From: Candidatus Omnitrophota bacterium | GTDB lineage: Bacteria > Omnitrophota > Gorgyraeia > Gygaellales > Profunditerraquicolaceae | Length of the DNA stretch: 64,000 nucleotides | NCBI GenBank assembly: GCA_026387405.1 | Contig: JAPLLV010000057.1 | Span: 1,503 to 65,502, forward strand | Direction of reading: 5' to 3' | Shown here: piece by piece, positions 48,775 to 60,062 of the stretch | How positions within the stretch are numbered: the stretch's first letter is position 1 | Layout: each line of letters opens with the position of its first letter | Program-made: the position numbers and the translations under genes | The notes under the pieces: model-generated | Told to the model about the DNA's origin: nothing | Seen by the model: only the letters and a program-made list of their open reading frames with translations | The model's database searches: none

Positions 48775-49194
48775 ATGATTAAAAAAATCACCGCAGAGAA
48801 TTTTAAACATTATGGCAGGGTAATTGAATATGCAGGCAAGCCAAAAAGCGGCCGGCATAGCCTTTTTCGCATTATAATGAGAGAGCCGCGGGAGTCTGGC
48901 TGGAGAATAGCCTATCTGTTGGTGCGGGATAAGGCCATCAGGCGGCTGGAGCAGCACCTGCATACCTACGAGAGCTTTGAACCGGTCAAAGGCAGAGCGC
49001 TTTTGTATCTATCTGCAACTAAAGACCTCCGGAAAATAGAGTGTTTTCTCCTGGATAAACCGGTGGTGCTATATAAAGGCATCTGGCACGGCGTGGTGAC
49101 GTTGGGCAGGGAATCAGAGATAAAGATAACCGAGAATGCCCGGGTGAGGTCGTCTTACTGGAGTGTCGGAACTGTTCTAGGCGGGAGAAGGTAA
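48775..49194 (+). CDS. Cupin-fold protein, ureidoglycolate lyase-like
   Basis: ITAENFKHYGRVI; LEQHLHTYESFEP; KGIWHGV. Confidence 0.65.
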   Translation: MIKKITAENFKHYGRVIEYAGKPKSGRHSLFRIIMREPRESGWRIAYLLVRDKAIRRLEQHLHTYESFEPVKGRALLYLSATKDLRKIECFLLDKPVVLYKGIWHGVVTLGRESEIKITENARVRSSYWSVGTVLGGRR

Positions 49195-49200
49195 GATATT

Positions 49201-49295
49201 GTTCTCCCTGCCTGCCTGCCTGCAGGCAGGGACTCGGTAAAAAATATTCTTCGAGTGAAATCGAGAAGAAGATTTTTTACCTCGCTCGAACAATA
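49201..49295. repeat. Family D element with a nested family C palindrome (49207-49230)
   Basis: TTCTC|CCTGCCTGCCTGCCTGCAGGCAGG|GACTCGG...TCGAGAAG...CGCTCGAAC. Confidence 0.75.
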
Positions 49296-49346
49296 ACACC
49301 TATCGTGCTTCGTGCCCTTCCGTGCCATTTTCGTGCCCCTTTTCGT

Positions 49347-49375
49347 TTGCCAACCCAAAAAATTTCTGTTATACT
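49347..49375 (+). promoter_or_regulatory. Sigma70 promoter of the tRNA
   Basis: TTGCCA, 17-nt spacer, TATACT with an extended TG. Confidence 0.6.
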
Positions 49376-49392
49376 AATTAAACATTATTTTT

Positions 49393-49470
49393 CGGGGAGT
49401 AGCTCAGTTTGGCTAGAGCGTTTGGTTCGGGACCAAAAGGTCGTGGGTTCAAGTCCCACCTCCCCGACCA
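49393..49470 (+). tRNA. tRNA-Pro (anticodon CGG)
   Basis: Acceptor stem CGGGGAG/CTCCCCG; anticodon arm TTTGG-TTCGGGA-CCAAA; T-loop GGTTCAAGTCC; encoded CCA. Confidence 0.95.
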
Positions 49471-49498
49471 TTCTAAAACGCCGCCTTTTATAGATCCG

Positions 49499-52315
<2,817 letters not shown>

Positions 52316-52325
52316 GAAAAATTTA

Positions 52326-52429
52326 CGTCATTGCGAGGGCGCCTTTTGCCCGAAGCAATCCCTCCTGAAAGCGAGATTGCTTCCCGCCACGCTTCGCTCG
52401 CGGCTTCGGCTCTGACCGCTCGCAATGAC
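52326..52429. repeat. Family B palindromic element
   Basis: CGTCATTGCGAG...GAAGCAATC...GATTGCTTC...CTCGCAATGAC. Confidence 0.8.
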
Positions 52430-52439
52430 AACTGTGACT

Positions 52440-53075
52440 ATGATCCTGGAAACCCTTAGTTTAGGCGCGATAGAGACTAATTGCTATGTCCTGGCGGTTC
52501 AAGAAGGGGCCGGCGCTGTAATCATCGACCCCGGGGCAGAGGAGCGCAAAATAAGGGCAGTGCTGGCAAGGTATGATCTGCATCCGGAGCTGGTGGTAAA
52601 TACCCACGGCCATTATGACCATATAGGCTGCGACGACAAATTCAATGTGCCGGTTGCGATACACAAAGACGATGTCTCTTTTTTGAAAGATCCCATGCTT
52701 AACCTGTCCGGGATGTTTTCTGTTCCTTATAAAACAGATGCCGAGATAATACCCCTGGAGGATAAACAGGTTATAGAGCAGGGCGGGATAACCTTAGAGG
52801 CCTTGCATATACCCGGACATACGCCTGGAGGCATCGCTCTTTTATTGAAGAGCCCGCAGAATAATATCGTTTTCACCGGGGATACATTATTTTGCCGGGG
52901 AATAGGCAGGTCCGATTTAGACGGGGGAGATGGGGCGCTGCTTATTCGCAAGATAAAAGAAAAATTGTTCAGCCTCCCCGACAATACGATGGTTTATCCC
53001 GGCCACGGTCCATCTACTACGATCGGCGAAGAAAAACAGCACAATCCCTATTTCCAGACCCGCGGTGGAGGTTAG
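52440..53075 (+). CDS. MBL-fold metallo-hydrolase (glyoxalase II/YcbL-like)
   Basis: THGHYDHIG, PGHTPG, FTGDTLF, YPGHGP; the last residues are encoded by a REP A copy (53053-53069). Confidence 0.9.
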   Translation: MILETLSLGAIETNCYVLAVQEGAGAVIIDPGAEERKIRAVLARYDLHPELVVNTHGHYDHIGCDDKFNVPVAIHKDDVSFLKDPMLNLSGMFSVPYKTDAEIIPLEDKQVIEQGGITLEALHIPGHTPGGIALLLKSPQNNIVFTGDTLFCRGIGRSDLDGGDGALLIRKIKEKLFSLPDNTMVYPGHGPSTTIGEEKQHNPYFQTRGGG

Positions 53076-53824
53076 AACGTGGTAAAAAAGGAAAGAATCT
53101 GAAAAAAAGGCGTTAGATTTCATCACTCCTTACGTCTTGTAATATAGGGGGTGATATATGTCTTATAGAAAAACGCCTTTGGTTGAAGGTAATGTTTATC
53201 ATGTTTACACTAGAAGCATTGCAGGGTATGTAGTTTTCAGCGGCGAACGCGAGTATCATCGTGCGTTGGAGACAATAAATTTCTACGTTGCAGAACATCC
53301 GCCTAGTAAATTTTCTTCCAGACCCGCGGTGGAAGTGGATAAAGGAGAAAAGCTGGCTCGGATAATCGCCTATTGCTTGATGCCTACACACATACATTTG
53401 GTTCTGCAGCAGTTGAAAAAGAATGGAATTTCTCGGTTGATGAATTTGGCGTTTAACAGTTACAGTTCCTATTTCAATAAAAAACATAACAGGAGGGGCC
53501 CGCTTTGGGAAAGCAGGTTTAAAGTCGTGCCTGTAGAAAGCGACGAACAGTTACTACATCTGACCAGGTATATTCATTTAAACCCGGTGACTGCTTTTTT
53601 GGTAAACAGTCCTGAAGGATGGACATATTCCTCTTATCGTGAATACCTCGGTCTTGTGGAAGAAAGACAAAGAATCTGTGAATTCTCCAATTGTCTTGAG
53701 ATTAATGCTCTGGAGTATCAGCGTTTTGTTTGCGATCGCATCGGTTATCAACGGGAATTGGCCAGGATAAAAAATCTACTTATTGACGAATAAACCTTTA
53801 TTTTTCCTCCAGACCCGCGGTGGA
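53053..53824. mobile_element. RAYT locus with three direct copies of REP A (53053, 53317, 53808)
   Basis: TCCAGACCCGCGGTGGA upstream of, inside and downstream of the transposase gene. Confidence 0.75.
53158..53793 (+). CDS. REP-associated tyrosine (Y1/HUH) transposase
   Basis: YHVYTRS; AYCLMPTHIHL; YFNKKHNRRGPLWESRFK; RYIHLNPV; YSSY. Confidence 0.9.
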   Translation: MSYRKTPLVEGNVYHVYTRSIAGYVVFSGEREYHRALETINFYVAEHPPSKFSSRPAVEVDKGEKLARIIAYCLMPTHIHLVLQQLKKNGISRLMNLAFNSYSSYFNKKHNRRGPLWESRFKVVPVESDEQLLHLTRYIHLNPVTAFLVNSPEGWTYSSYREYLGLVEERQRICEFSNCLEINALEYQRFVCDRIGYQRELARIKNLLIDE

Positions 53825-53852
53825 AGTGGGGAAATAACCCATTTTTAACGGT

Positions 53853-54740
53853 ATGAAAGAATTTATTGAGATGTTTCTGAACTATCTTTCCGTGGAGCGG
53901 GGCCTGGCCCGTAACACGATACTCTCTTATAAGGATGACCTTAATATCTATATGGATTTCCTGGCTAAAAAGAATATCGACGCCCTCGCCCGGACTACCC
54001 GCAGCGATATCACTAATTTCATGCTTGACCAGAAGGATAAGAGCATGGCGGCTAATTCCATTGCCCGGCGCCTGGCGGCGATAAAATCCTTCCACCGTTT
54101 TTTATTCCGGGAGAGGATTCTGCAGGCCGACCCGACCAGCCTTATTGAATCTCCCAAGCTTTGGAAAAAGATACCCGACGCGCTCTCGCTCAGCGAGGTG
54201 GAGTCGCTGCTTAGTCGGCCAAACCTGCGGCAGACACAGGGGATCCGCGATAAAGCTATCCTGGAAACTCTTTACGCCACGGGCATGCGTGTTTCCGAGG
54301 CAGTAAACTTGAGGGTCGACGGCGTTAATCTAGACATAGGTTTTTTGCGCTGTATCGGCAAAGGCAACAAAGAGCGCGTGATCCCTTTGGGGAGAAAAGC
54401 CATTATCAGTATCCAGCGTTATCTGAAAGTTTGCCGTCCTCGGCTATTAAAGCAAAGGGAGTGCGAATTTTTGTTTGTCAGCCGGCTGGGCAAGAAGATC
54501 TCGCGGCAGTCCATCTGGAAACTCATAAAAAGATATGCCAAAGACGCCAGGATAAAAAAGACGATTAAGGTGCACACCCTGAGACACTCCTTTGCCACGC
54601 ATCTTTTAGAGAGAGGCGCGGACTTGCGTTCTGTCCAGGAGATGCTCGGGCATGCGAATATCTCCACTACGCAGATCTACACGCATATAAATAAGGACAG
54701 GCTTAAGGCTATACACAAGATGTTCCACCCCAGGCCGTAG
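53853..54740 (+). CDS. xerD: Tyrosine recombinase XerD
   Basis: LSVERGLARNT; LYATGMRVSE; GKGNKER; HTLRHSFATHLLERGADLRSVQEMLGH..ISTTQIY; HPR C-terminus. Confidence 0.92.
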   Translation: MKEFIEMFLNYLSVERGLARNTILSYKDDLNIYMDFLAKKNIDALARTTRSDITNFMLDQKDKSMAANSIARRLAAIKSFHRFLFRERILQADPTSLIESPKLWKKIPDALSLSEVESLLSRPNLRQTQGIRDKAILETLYATGMRVSEAVNLRVDGVNLDIGFLRCIGKGNKERVIPLGRKAIISIQRYLKVCRPRLLKQRECEFLFVSRLGKKISRQSIWKLIKRYAKDARIKKTIKVHTLRHSFATHLLERGADLRSVQEMLGHANISTTQIYTHINKDRLKAIHKMFHPRP

Positions 54741-54742
54741 AT

Positions 54743-55504
54743 ATGGAAAAACATTTAAAAAGATTACCCAAGGAAATCCTGGATTTGATCTATTTGGCGC
54801 GGGATATCTCAACCAAGGAAGGCGTCCCTGCGTATCTGGTGGGCGGCTGCGTCAGGGATTTGTTTTTGGGGACGAGCCACCTTGATTTGGATATCGTGGT
54901 TGAGGGCGATGCTATCAGTTTTGCCGATGAATTCGGCCGCAGGCTGGGAGTAAAGGTTATCCACCACCGCAGGTTCGGCACGGCTGCCGTGCCTCTGGCC
55001 GGGCATCTCAAGGTAGATTTTGCTACCAGCCGGAAGGAATATTATCCGCACCCCGCAGATCTGCCGGTGGTCAGCCCCAGCTCTTTAAAGGACGACCTTT
55101 TCCGCCGGGATTTCAGCATCAATGCCATGGCCATTAATATCACCGCGCGTAATTTCGGCAAAGTAGTGGATTTATTCGGGGGAAAAGCCGACCTGGATAA
55201 GCGTATCATCCGGGTGATGCATGTAAGAAGCTTTATTGACGACCCCACGCGTATTCTTCGGGCGATCCGTTTTGAACAACGGTTAGGTTTCCGCATTGAA
55301 GCGCATACCTTAAGATATATTAAGGAAGCCATAAAACATCATAATATCTTTGCGCACATTAAACCATCCAGAGTTGTCCGGGAATTAGAGTTGATACTTA
55401 AGGAAGATAGGGCTATTGATTGTCTGCTGCGCCTAAATCAGTTATGCGGGCTTAAAGTTGATGAATGGATAGCTAAGAGGAGTCAGCATGTCAAGACACG
55501 ATAA
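54743..55504 (+). CDS. tRNA nucleotidyltransferase / poly(A) polymerase family protein (short, A-adding-like)
   Basis: YLVGGCVRD; DLDIVVEGDA; DLFRRDFSINAMA; DDPTRILRAIRFEQR. Confidence 0.85.
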   Translation: MEKHLKRLPKEILDLIYLARDISTKEGVPAYLVGGCVRDLFLGTSHLDLDIVVEGDAISFADEFGRRLGVKVIHHRRFGTAAVPLAGHLKVDFATSRKEYYPHPADLPVVSPSSLKDDLFRRDFSINAMAINITARNFGKVVDLFGGKADLDKRIIRVMHVRSFIDDPTRILRAIRFEQRLGFRIEAHTLRYIKEAIKHHNIFAHIKPSRVVRELELILKEDRAIDCLLRLNQLCGLKVDEWIAKRSQHVKTR

Positions 55505-55892
55505 GGTTACGAAGGCATTACAGAGAGAGATCAGCAGTATCATTCACGATGAGTTAAAAGACCCGCGTCTGGGGTTTGTTACGATAACCAAGGTCGAGCT
55601 TTCCAATGACCTGAGGTTTGCCAAGGTATTTTTCAGCGTCCTGGGCAAGGAGCAGGATTATAAGAAGACCCAGGAGGCCTTGGATTCGGCATCGGGTTTT
55701 ATCAAAAAACTCATCTGCGAAAGGATCGCCTTGCGCTTTGCGCCGGAAATAATTTTTCGCGACGATCACTCCGTGGAATATAGCGTTCGGATAGAAGAGA
55801 TACTCAACCAGATAAAGAAGGAAGAAACAGGGGAAAAGGAAGAGGAGCAGGATGCAACTAAAAAAATTAGCCGCCGCGCTAAGAAAAAATAA
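55488..55892 (+). CDS. rbfA: Ribosome-binding factor A
   Basis: LKDPRLGFVTITKVELSNDLRFAKVF; LRFAPEIIF. Confidence 0.95.
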   Translation: MSRHDKVTKALQREISSIIHDELKDPRLGFVTITKVELSNDLRFAKVFFSVLGKEQDYKKTQEALDSASGFIKKLICERIALRFAPEIIFRDDHSVEYSVRIEEILNQIKKEETGEKEEEQDATKKISRRAKKK

Positions 55893-56829
55893 AAGATTCC
55901 TCATTACCACCCATATCAGTATGGAACCGGATGCCTTGGGTTCAGAGCTCGCCTTATATTTTTTACTGCGCAGGCTGGGCAAAGAAGCGATAATCGTGAA
56001 TGACGACAAGGTTATTGGAGAATACGCATTCCTTCCCGGGTTAAGGTATGTCAAGAGGCTCGACAGCCGGATAAAGAATATCCGCTTTGATTGTTTTGCG
56101 ATCTTGGATTGTTCGGACCTAAGCCGCTGCGGTGAGGTGGCAAACCTTAAGGCTAATTCCCGGCTCACGCTTAATATCGACCATCATATAAGCAATGCTC
56201 TTTTCGGCAATATAAATTGGGTGGAACCCGGCATGTCTTCGGCCTCCGAAATGATATATAAATTGTACAAAAAAATGCGCGTCCCCATCAATAAGGATGT
56301 GGCTCTGCTTTTATTTTCCGGCATTGCCACAGACACGGGATTTTTCCGTTATGCCAACACCTCAAGCGATACCCACAAGGCGGCGGCGGAATTGTTAGGG
56401 CACGGGGTAAACTCAAGCTCGGTTTACCGGCATGTCTATGAAGACGTGCCCTTTAGAGATGCCATTATTTTAGCCGGAGAGCTCTCCAAGATAAAGTCTG
56501 ATTGTCAGGGCAGGGTAGTATGGTCCAGTATCAGGAAGGCGACTGTTAAAAGGACAAGCGGGGAGTTTGACCTGGGGGATCATTTTTTGAGTTTTATGCG
56601 CGCGATAAAAGGAGTAGAAGTAGCGGTATTGTTCAAGGAGAACTTCGGCAGAGACAGGAAAGAGATCAAGGTGAACTTCCGTTCGCAAGGCAAGGTTGAT
56701 GTGAACAGCATCGCCAAATTTTTTGGAGGAGGAGGACACAGGACTGCCAGCGGCGCAACTATTGCCGGCAGCCTGGACGCAGTGAAGAAAAGGGTGTTGG
56801 CAAAGATAAGGGGGACACTTCTGTCATAA
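55852..56829 (+). CDS. nrnA: DHH/DHHA1 oligoribonuclease / PAP phosphatase
   Basis: H...PDALGS; NIDHH; DTGFFRY; GGGGHRTASG. Confidence 0.9.
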   Translation: MQLKKLAAALRKNKRFLITTHISMEPDALGSELALYFLLRRLGKEAIIVNDDKVIGEYAFLPGLRYVKRLDSRIKNIRFDCFAILDCSDLSRCGEVANLKANSRLTLNIDHHISNALFGNINWVEPGMSSASEMIYKLYKKMRVPINKDVALLLFSGIATDTGFFRYANTSSDTHKAAAELLGHGVNSSSVYRHVYEDVPFRDAIILAGELSKIKSDCQGRVVWSSIRKATVKRTSGEFDLGDHFLSFMRAIKGVEVAVLFKENFGRDRKEIKVNFRSQGKVDVNSIAKFFGGGGHRTASGATIAGSLDAVKKRVLAKIRGTLLS

Positions 56830-56868
56830 CTCAATATACCACAGCATGTTATCTAGAAACGGTCTACT

Positions 56869-57978
56869 ATGAAGGTAATAAGGGGAATTTCAAATATCAG
56901 GCGTTTTCCGCTGCCGGTGGTGGCATTAGGCGTATTTGACGGCGTGCACCTGGGGCACAGGAGTATTCTTTCGGCGGCGGTTGAGACTGCCAAAGAAATA
57001 AGAGGGACCAGCGTTGCCGTGACCTTCTGGCCGCACCCGCAAAATAGGAAGAGCCTTTATTCTCTTGAACATCGCCTGCGCATAATCGGCGAATTGGGGC
57101 TTCAGGCGGCGATCGTAATAAAGTTTACCGGGGCGTTCTCGCGCCTTTCGGCAGAGCGTTTTGTCAAAGACATCCTCGTGGATCGCATTTCGGCCCGTTA
57201 TATCTTCATAGGAAAAAATTTCCATTTCGGTAAAGATAGAAAGGGTGATTACCGCCTTTTGCAAAGATCCTCCGCGCGAAATAATTTTAAAGTAAGGGTA
57301 TTTGAGATCATACGGCGTAAAGATATGCCCATAAGCAGCACGTTGTTGCGCGAGCTGATAAGCCGAGGAGAATTATCCCGGGCAAGGCAATTATTGCTGC
57401 GGCCGGTGAGTGTTCTGGGCACAGTGATCAAGGGGGAGTCCAGAGGTTCTTCCCTGGGATTTCCCACGGCCAATATCGACCCACATCATGAGGTGCTTCC
57501 TCCTGACGGGATTTACGCGGTGCGCGTTATCCTGGGAGGGAAAAAGTTTAAAGGCGTTTGTTATATAGGTAAAAAGCCTACTTTTAGAAAGCATCTATCC
57601 AATAATCGTCATTGCGAGGAGGCTGAAGAGATTCCTCGCCTGTCATTGCGAGGCACCGCAGGTGCCGAAGCAATCTCTATAACAGGCTCGGAACAGGCTG
57701 CGCAATCTCAAAAACAGGATTGCTTCGCCCCCTGCCTTGCCGGCAGGCAGGCTTCGGGGCTCGCAATGACGGTTGCCGGGCAGTTTCCGAGGCGCCGAGA
57801 GTCAACAGGCATTGAGGTGCATATCCTGGGTTTTCACAGGAATATTTACGCTAAGACGTTAGAGATACAATTTATAAAAAAAATAAGGGAGGACAGGAAA
57901 TTCAGTTCCGCATTAAAGCTCTCCGGCCAGATAAAAAAAGATATATCCCGCGCAAAAAACATTTTTTCCCACACCTGA
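56869..57978 (+). CDS. ribF: Bifunctional FAD synthetase / riboflavin kinase with an in-frame repeat insertion
   Basis: GVFDGVHLGH; ISST; GFPTAN; KPTF...IEVH separated by an unusually long insert. Confidence 0.93.
   Translation: MKVIRGISNIRRFPLPVVALGVFDGVHLGHRSILSAAVETAKEIRGTSVAVTFWPHPQNRKSLYSLEHRLRIIGELGLQAAIVIKFTGAFSRLSAERFVKDILVDRISARYIFIGKNFHFGKDRKGDYRLLQRSSARNNFKVRVFEIIRRKDMPISSTLLRELISRGELSRARQLLLRPVSVLGTVIKGESRGSSLGFPTANIDPHHEVLPPDGIYAVRVILGGKKFKGVCYIGKKPTFRKHLSNNRHCEEAEEIPRLSLRGTAGAEAISITGSEQAAQSQKQDCFAPCLAGRQASGLAMTVAGQFPRRRESTGIEVHILGFHRNIYAKTLEIQFIKKIREDRKFSSALKLSGQIKKDISRAKNIFSHT
57607..57771. repeat. Nested family B elements plus a family C palindrome, 165 bp, in frame inside ribF
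   Basis: CGTCATTGCGAG...GTCATTGCGAG...GAAGCAATC...GATTGCTTC...CCTGCCTTGCCGGCAGGCAGG...CTCGCAATGACG. Confidence 0.9.
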
Positions 57979-58056
57979 TTACCCACTATATCTTGAAGTA
58001 CGGTTAATAAAATTACACTACGGATAGTGTTTAATTTATCAAGGTAAATTTTTGTC

Positions 58057-58120
58057 TTGACAAAAAAAGCATTTCTCCCTATACTTGGGATACTAGTGGT
58101 ATAAAGTGGAGTAAAGTGGA
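58057..58120 (+). promoter_or_regulatory. dcw promoter with MraZ-type direct-repeat boxes
   Basis: TTGACA, 17-nt spacer, TATACT (58080), then TGGGA/GTGGT/GTGGA/GTGGA at ~10-bp spacing upstream of mraZ. Confidence 0.8.
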
Positions 58121-58122
58121 TT

Positions 58123-58560
58123 ATGTTCTACGGAGAATACCTACATACTATCGACCGTAAAGGCCGCCTGATTTTGCCTGCCAAATTTCGCGAAGTAGCC
58201 AAGGCAAATTTTATCGAAAAGTTTTATATTACCCGAGGCCTGGATAAATGCCTCTTTATGTTTTCGGAAGAGGAGTGGCGTACGCAGGAATCCAAATTCA
58301 AGAATCTCTCTTTTACCAAACAGGAATCGCGCACCTTTAACCGGCTTTTTTTCTCCGGCGCCATGGAGCTGGCCGCGGACAGGCAGGGGAGGATATTGTT
58401 CGCGCAGTACCTGAAGGATTACGCCGAGATAAAGAGAGACGTGGTGATCGTGGGGGTATCCAATCGTATTGAGATTTGGGCAAAGGCAAAATGGCAAGAA
58501 TTTTATGGCGCCTGGCGGCCTTCTTTCGAGGAGATCGCCGAGAAACTGATAGATGTTTGA
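58123..58560 (+). CDS. mraZ: Division/cell wall cluster repressor MraZ
   Basis: MFYGEY.HTIDRKGRLILPAKFR; DRQGRI; RIEIW. Confidence 0.96.
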   Translation: MFYGEYLHTIDRKGRLILPAKFREVAKANFIEKFYITRGLDKCLFMFSEEEWRTQESKFKNLSFTKQESRTFNRLFFSGAMELAADRQGRILFAQYLKDYAEIKRDVVIVGVSNRIEIWAKAKWQEFYGAWRPSFEEIAEKLIDV

Positions 58561-58639
58561 GAGCGGACTTTTGCCCCGCCTGCGGCGGGATGTCGCTGGA
58601 TGGGCAAGCCCGTTGGGTGCTCCATGTGTTGAAGAGATA

Positions 58640-59533
58640 GTGGAAACTAAATTGCACACCCCGGTAATGCTGGGGGAGATTTTAGAGTATTTAGACCTGG
58701 CCCCGGGGAAGACAGTCGTTGACGCCACAGTGGGTACTGCCGGCCATGCCCTGGAGGTGCTTAAGAAAATAACCCCTGGAGGCAGGCTCATAGGTATTGA
58801 CCGGGATGAGGATGCGCTGGCGATAGCCAGACACCAGCTGGAACATTACGGGAAGAATAGCCGGTTAGTCTACGGCAGTTTCGCGGATATAGATAATATT
58901 TTAAAAGATTGCGGCATTAGAAAGGTGGACGGTATTTTATTTGACCTGGGAGTTTCCTCCCTTCAGCTGGGAGACCCGGAAAGGGGTTTTAGTTTCAATA
59001 AGGACGGGCCGCTGGATATGCGCATGGATAAGAAGAGCTATATATCCGCGTATGACCTGATGAATAACCTTAACGAACAGGAGATATCCACTATCCTCTG
59101 GAATTTCGGACAGGAGAGGTGGCACAGGCGTATTGCCCGCCTCTTGGTCCGGGAGAGAGAAAAGCATCCTATCACTACCACGTCGCAATTATCCGATATC
59201 GTCTTTCGGGCTATGCCCTACAAACATAAATACCAGCGCATACATCCCGCGACCCGGACATTTCAAGCCGTGCGCATAGCCGTAAACAGGGAATTGGAAT
59301 CTTTGGAAAGCGCCATCACAAAATCCGTGGATCTACTGGCAAAAGGCGGCAGGATCTGCGTAATATCGTTCCACTCCCTGGAGGACCGTATCGTAAAATG
59401 GCGTTTCCGCGAGTTCGCCTCCAACGGGTTGGTGCGCATTATCACGCCAAAACCATTGACGCCTTCATGGGGAGAGGCCAAGGAAAACCCTTCCAGCCGT
59501 TCAAGTAAGCTGCGGGTAGCGGAGAGGCTATAG
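58640..59533 (+). CDS. rsmH: 16S rRNA C1402 methyltransferase (GTG start preferred; ORF open from 58553)
   Basis: HTPVML; DATVGTAGHA; DLGVSS; PLDMRMD; HPATRTFQA; ISFHSLEDRIVK. Confidence 0.96.
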   Translation: METKLHTPVMLGEILEYLDLAPGKTVVDATVGTAGHALEVLKKITPGGRLIGIDRDEDALAIARHQLEHYGKNSRLVYGSFADIDNILKDCGIRKVDGILFDLGVSSLQLGDPERGFSFNKDGPLDMRMDKKSYISAYDLMNNLNEQEISTILWNFGQERWHRRIARLLVREREKHPITTTSQLSDIVFRAMPYKHKYQRIHPATRTFQAVRIAVNRELESLESAITKSVDLLAKGGRICVISFHSLEDRIVKWRFREFASNGLVRIITPKPLTPSWGEAKENPSSRSSKLRVAERL

Positions 59534-59534
59534 T

Positions 59535-59903
59535 ATGAAACTATCAAGGTTCTTATTATTGGTGCTTCTTTTTACCGTCGTATCGCTTTTGTATGTGTTT
59601 CAGCAAACGGAGATCATTCGCCTGGCGTATCTGGAGCAGAAACGGTCTACGGTATTCCAGGGGCTTTTGGATAAAAATACGGTCTTGCAATACAACATTA
59701 AAAAGAGCGCTTCGCTTGTGCGTATAGGCAGCAGGATCTCCAAGGATGGGGATTTTCAGATGCCTAATAGTTACCAGCTGGTCAGGCTGGAGCGTCCCGC
59801 TTCGCAATCAAGGGCGATCGCGCGCCTGTTCAATAGGCCCAATGTCTTCTCGCGTATCTTTGCGGTAAAGAGAGAGGCAGAGGCATATACCATTAATCCC
59901 TAG
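59535..59903 (+). CDS. ftsL: FtsL-like cell division protein
   Basis: One TM helix followed by a coiled coil; lies between rsmH and ftsI. Confidence 0.6.
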   Translation: MKLSRFLLLVLLFTVVSLLYVFQQTEIIRLAYLEQKRSTVFQGLLDKNTVLQYNIKKSASLVRIGSRISKDGDFQMPNSYQLVRLERPASQSRAIARLFNRPNVFSRIFAVKREAEAYTINP

Positions 59904-59904
59904 C

Positions 59905-60012
59905 GTTCTCCCTGCCTGCCGGCAGGCAGGGACTCGGCGCCTGCGGCGCCTCGCTCGAACGATACGTTTTATTCTTCGAGCGGAGCGAACGAAGTGAGCG
60001 TAGTCGAGAAGA
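59905..60012. repeat. Family D element with a nested 20-bp family C palindrome (59911-59930)
   Basis: TTCTC|CCTGCCTGCCGGCAGGCAGG|GACTCGG...CGCTCGAAC...TTCGAGCG...GTCGAGAAG. Confidence 0.8.
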
Positions 60013-60062
60013 AAAAGCCTGGGATTTCGGATTTAATACGTTAATAAGGTTACTATAAATTA

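Noticed and set aside
49393-49470. tRNA-Pro as the attachment site of an integrated island
   Set aside because: I saw no duplicate of its 3' end and no adjacent integrase.
53853-54740. Prophage/integron integrase, or the recombinase for the fibre cassettes
   Set aside because: It has canonical XerD features and a housekeeping context, with no integron-integrase insertion or attC array. A role at the fibre junctions cannot be supported from the sequence.
57607-57771. Intein or self-splicing intron in ribF or murF
   Set aside because: The inserts are too short, lack intein terminal residues and group I/II motifs, and match intergenic repeats.
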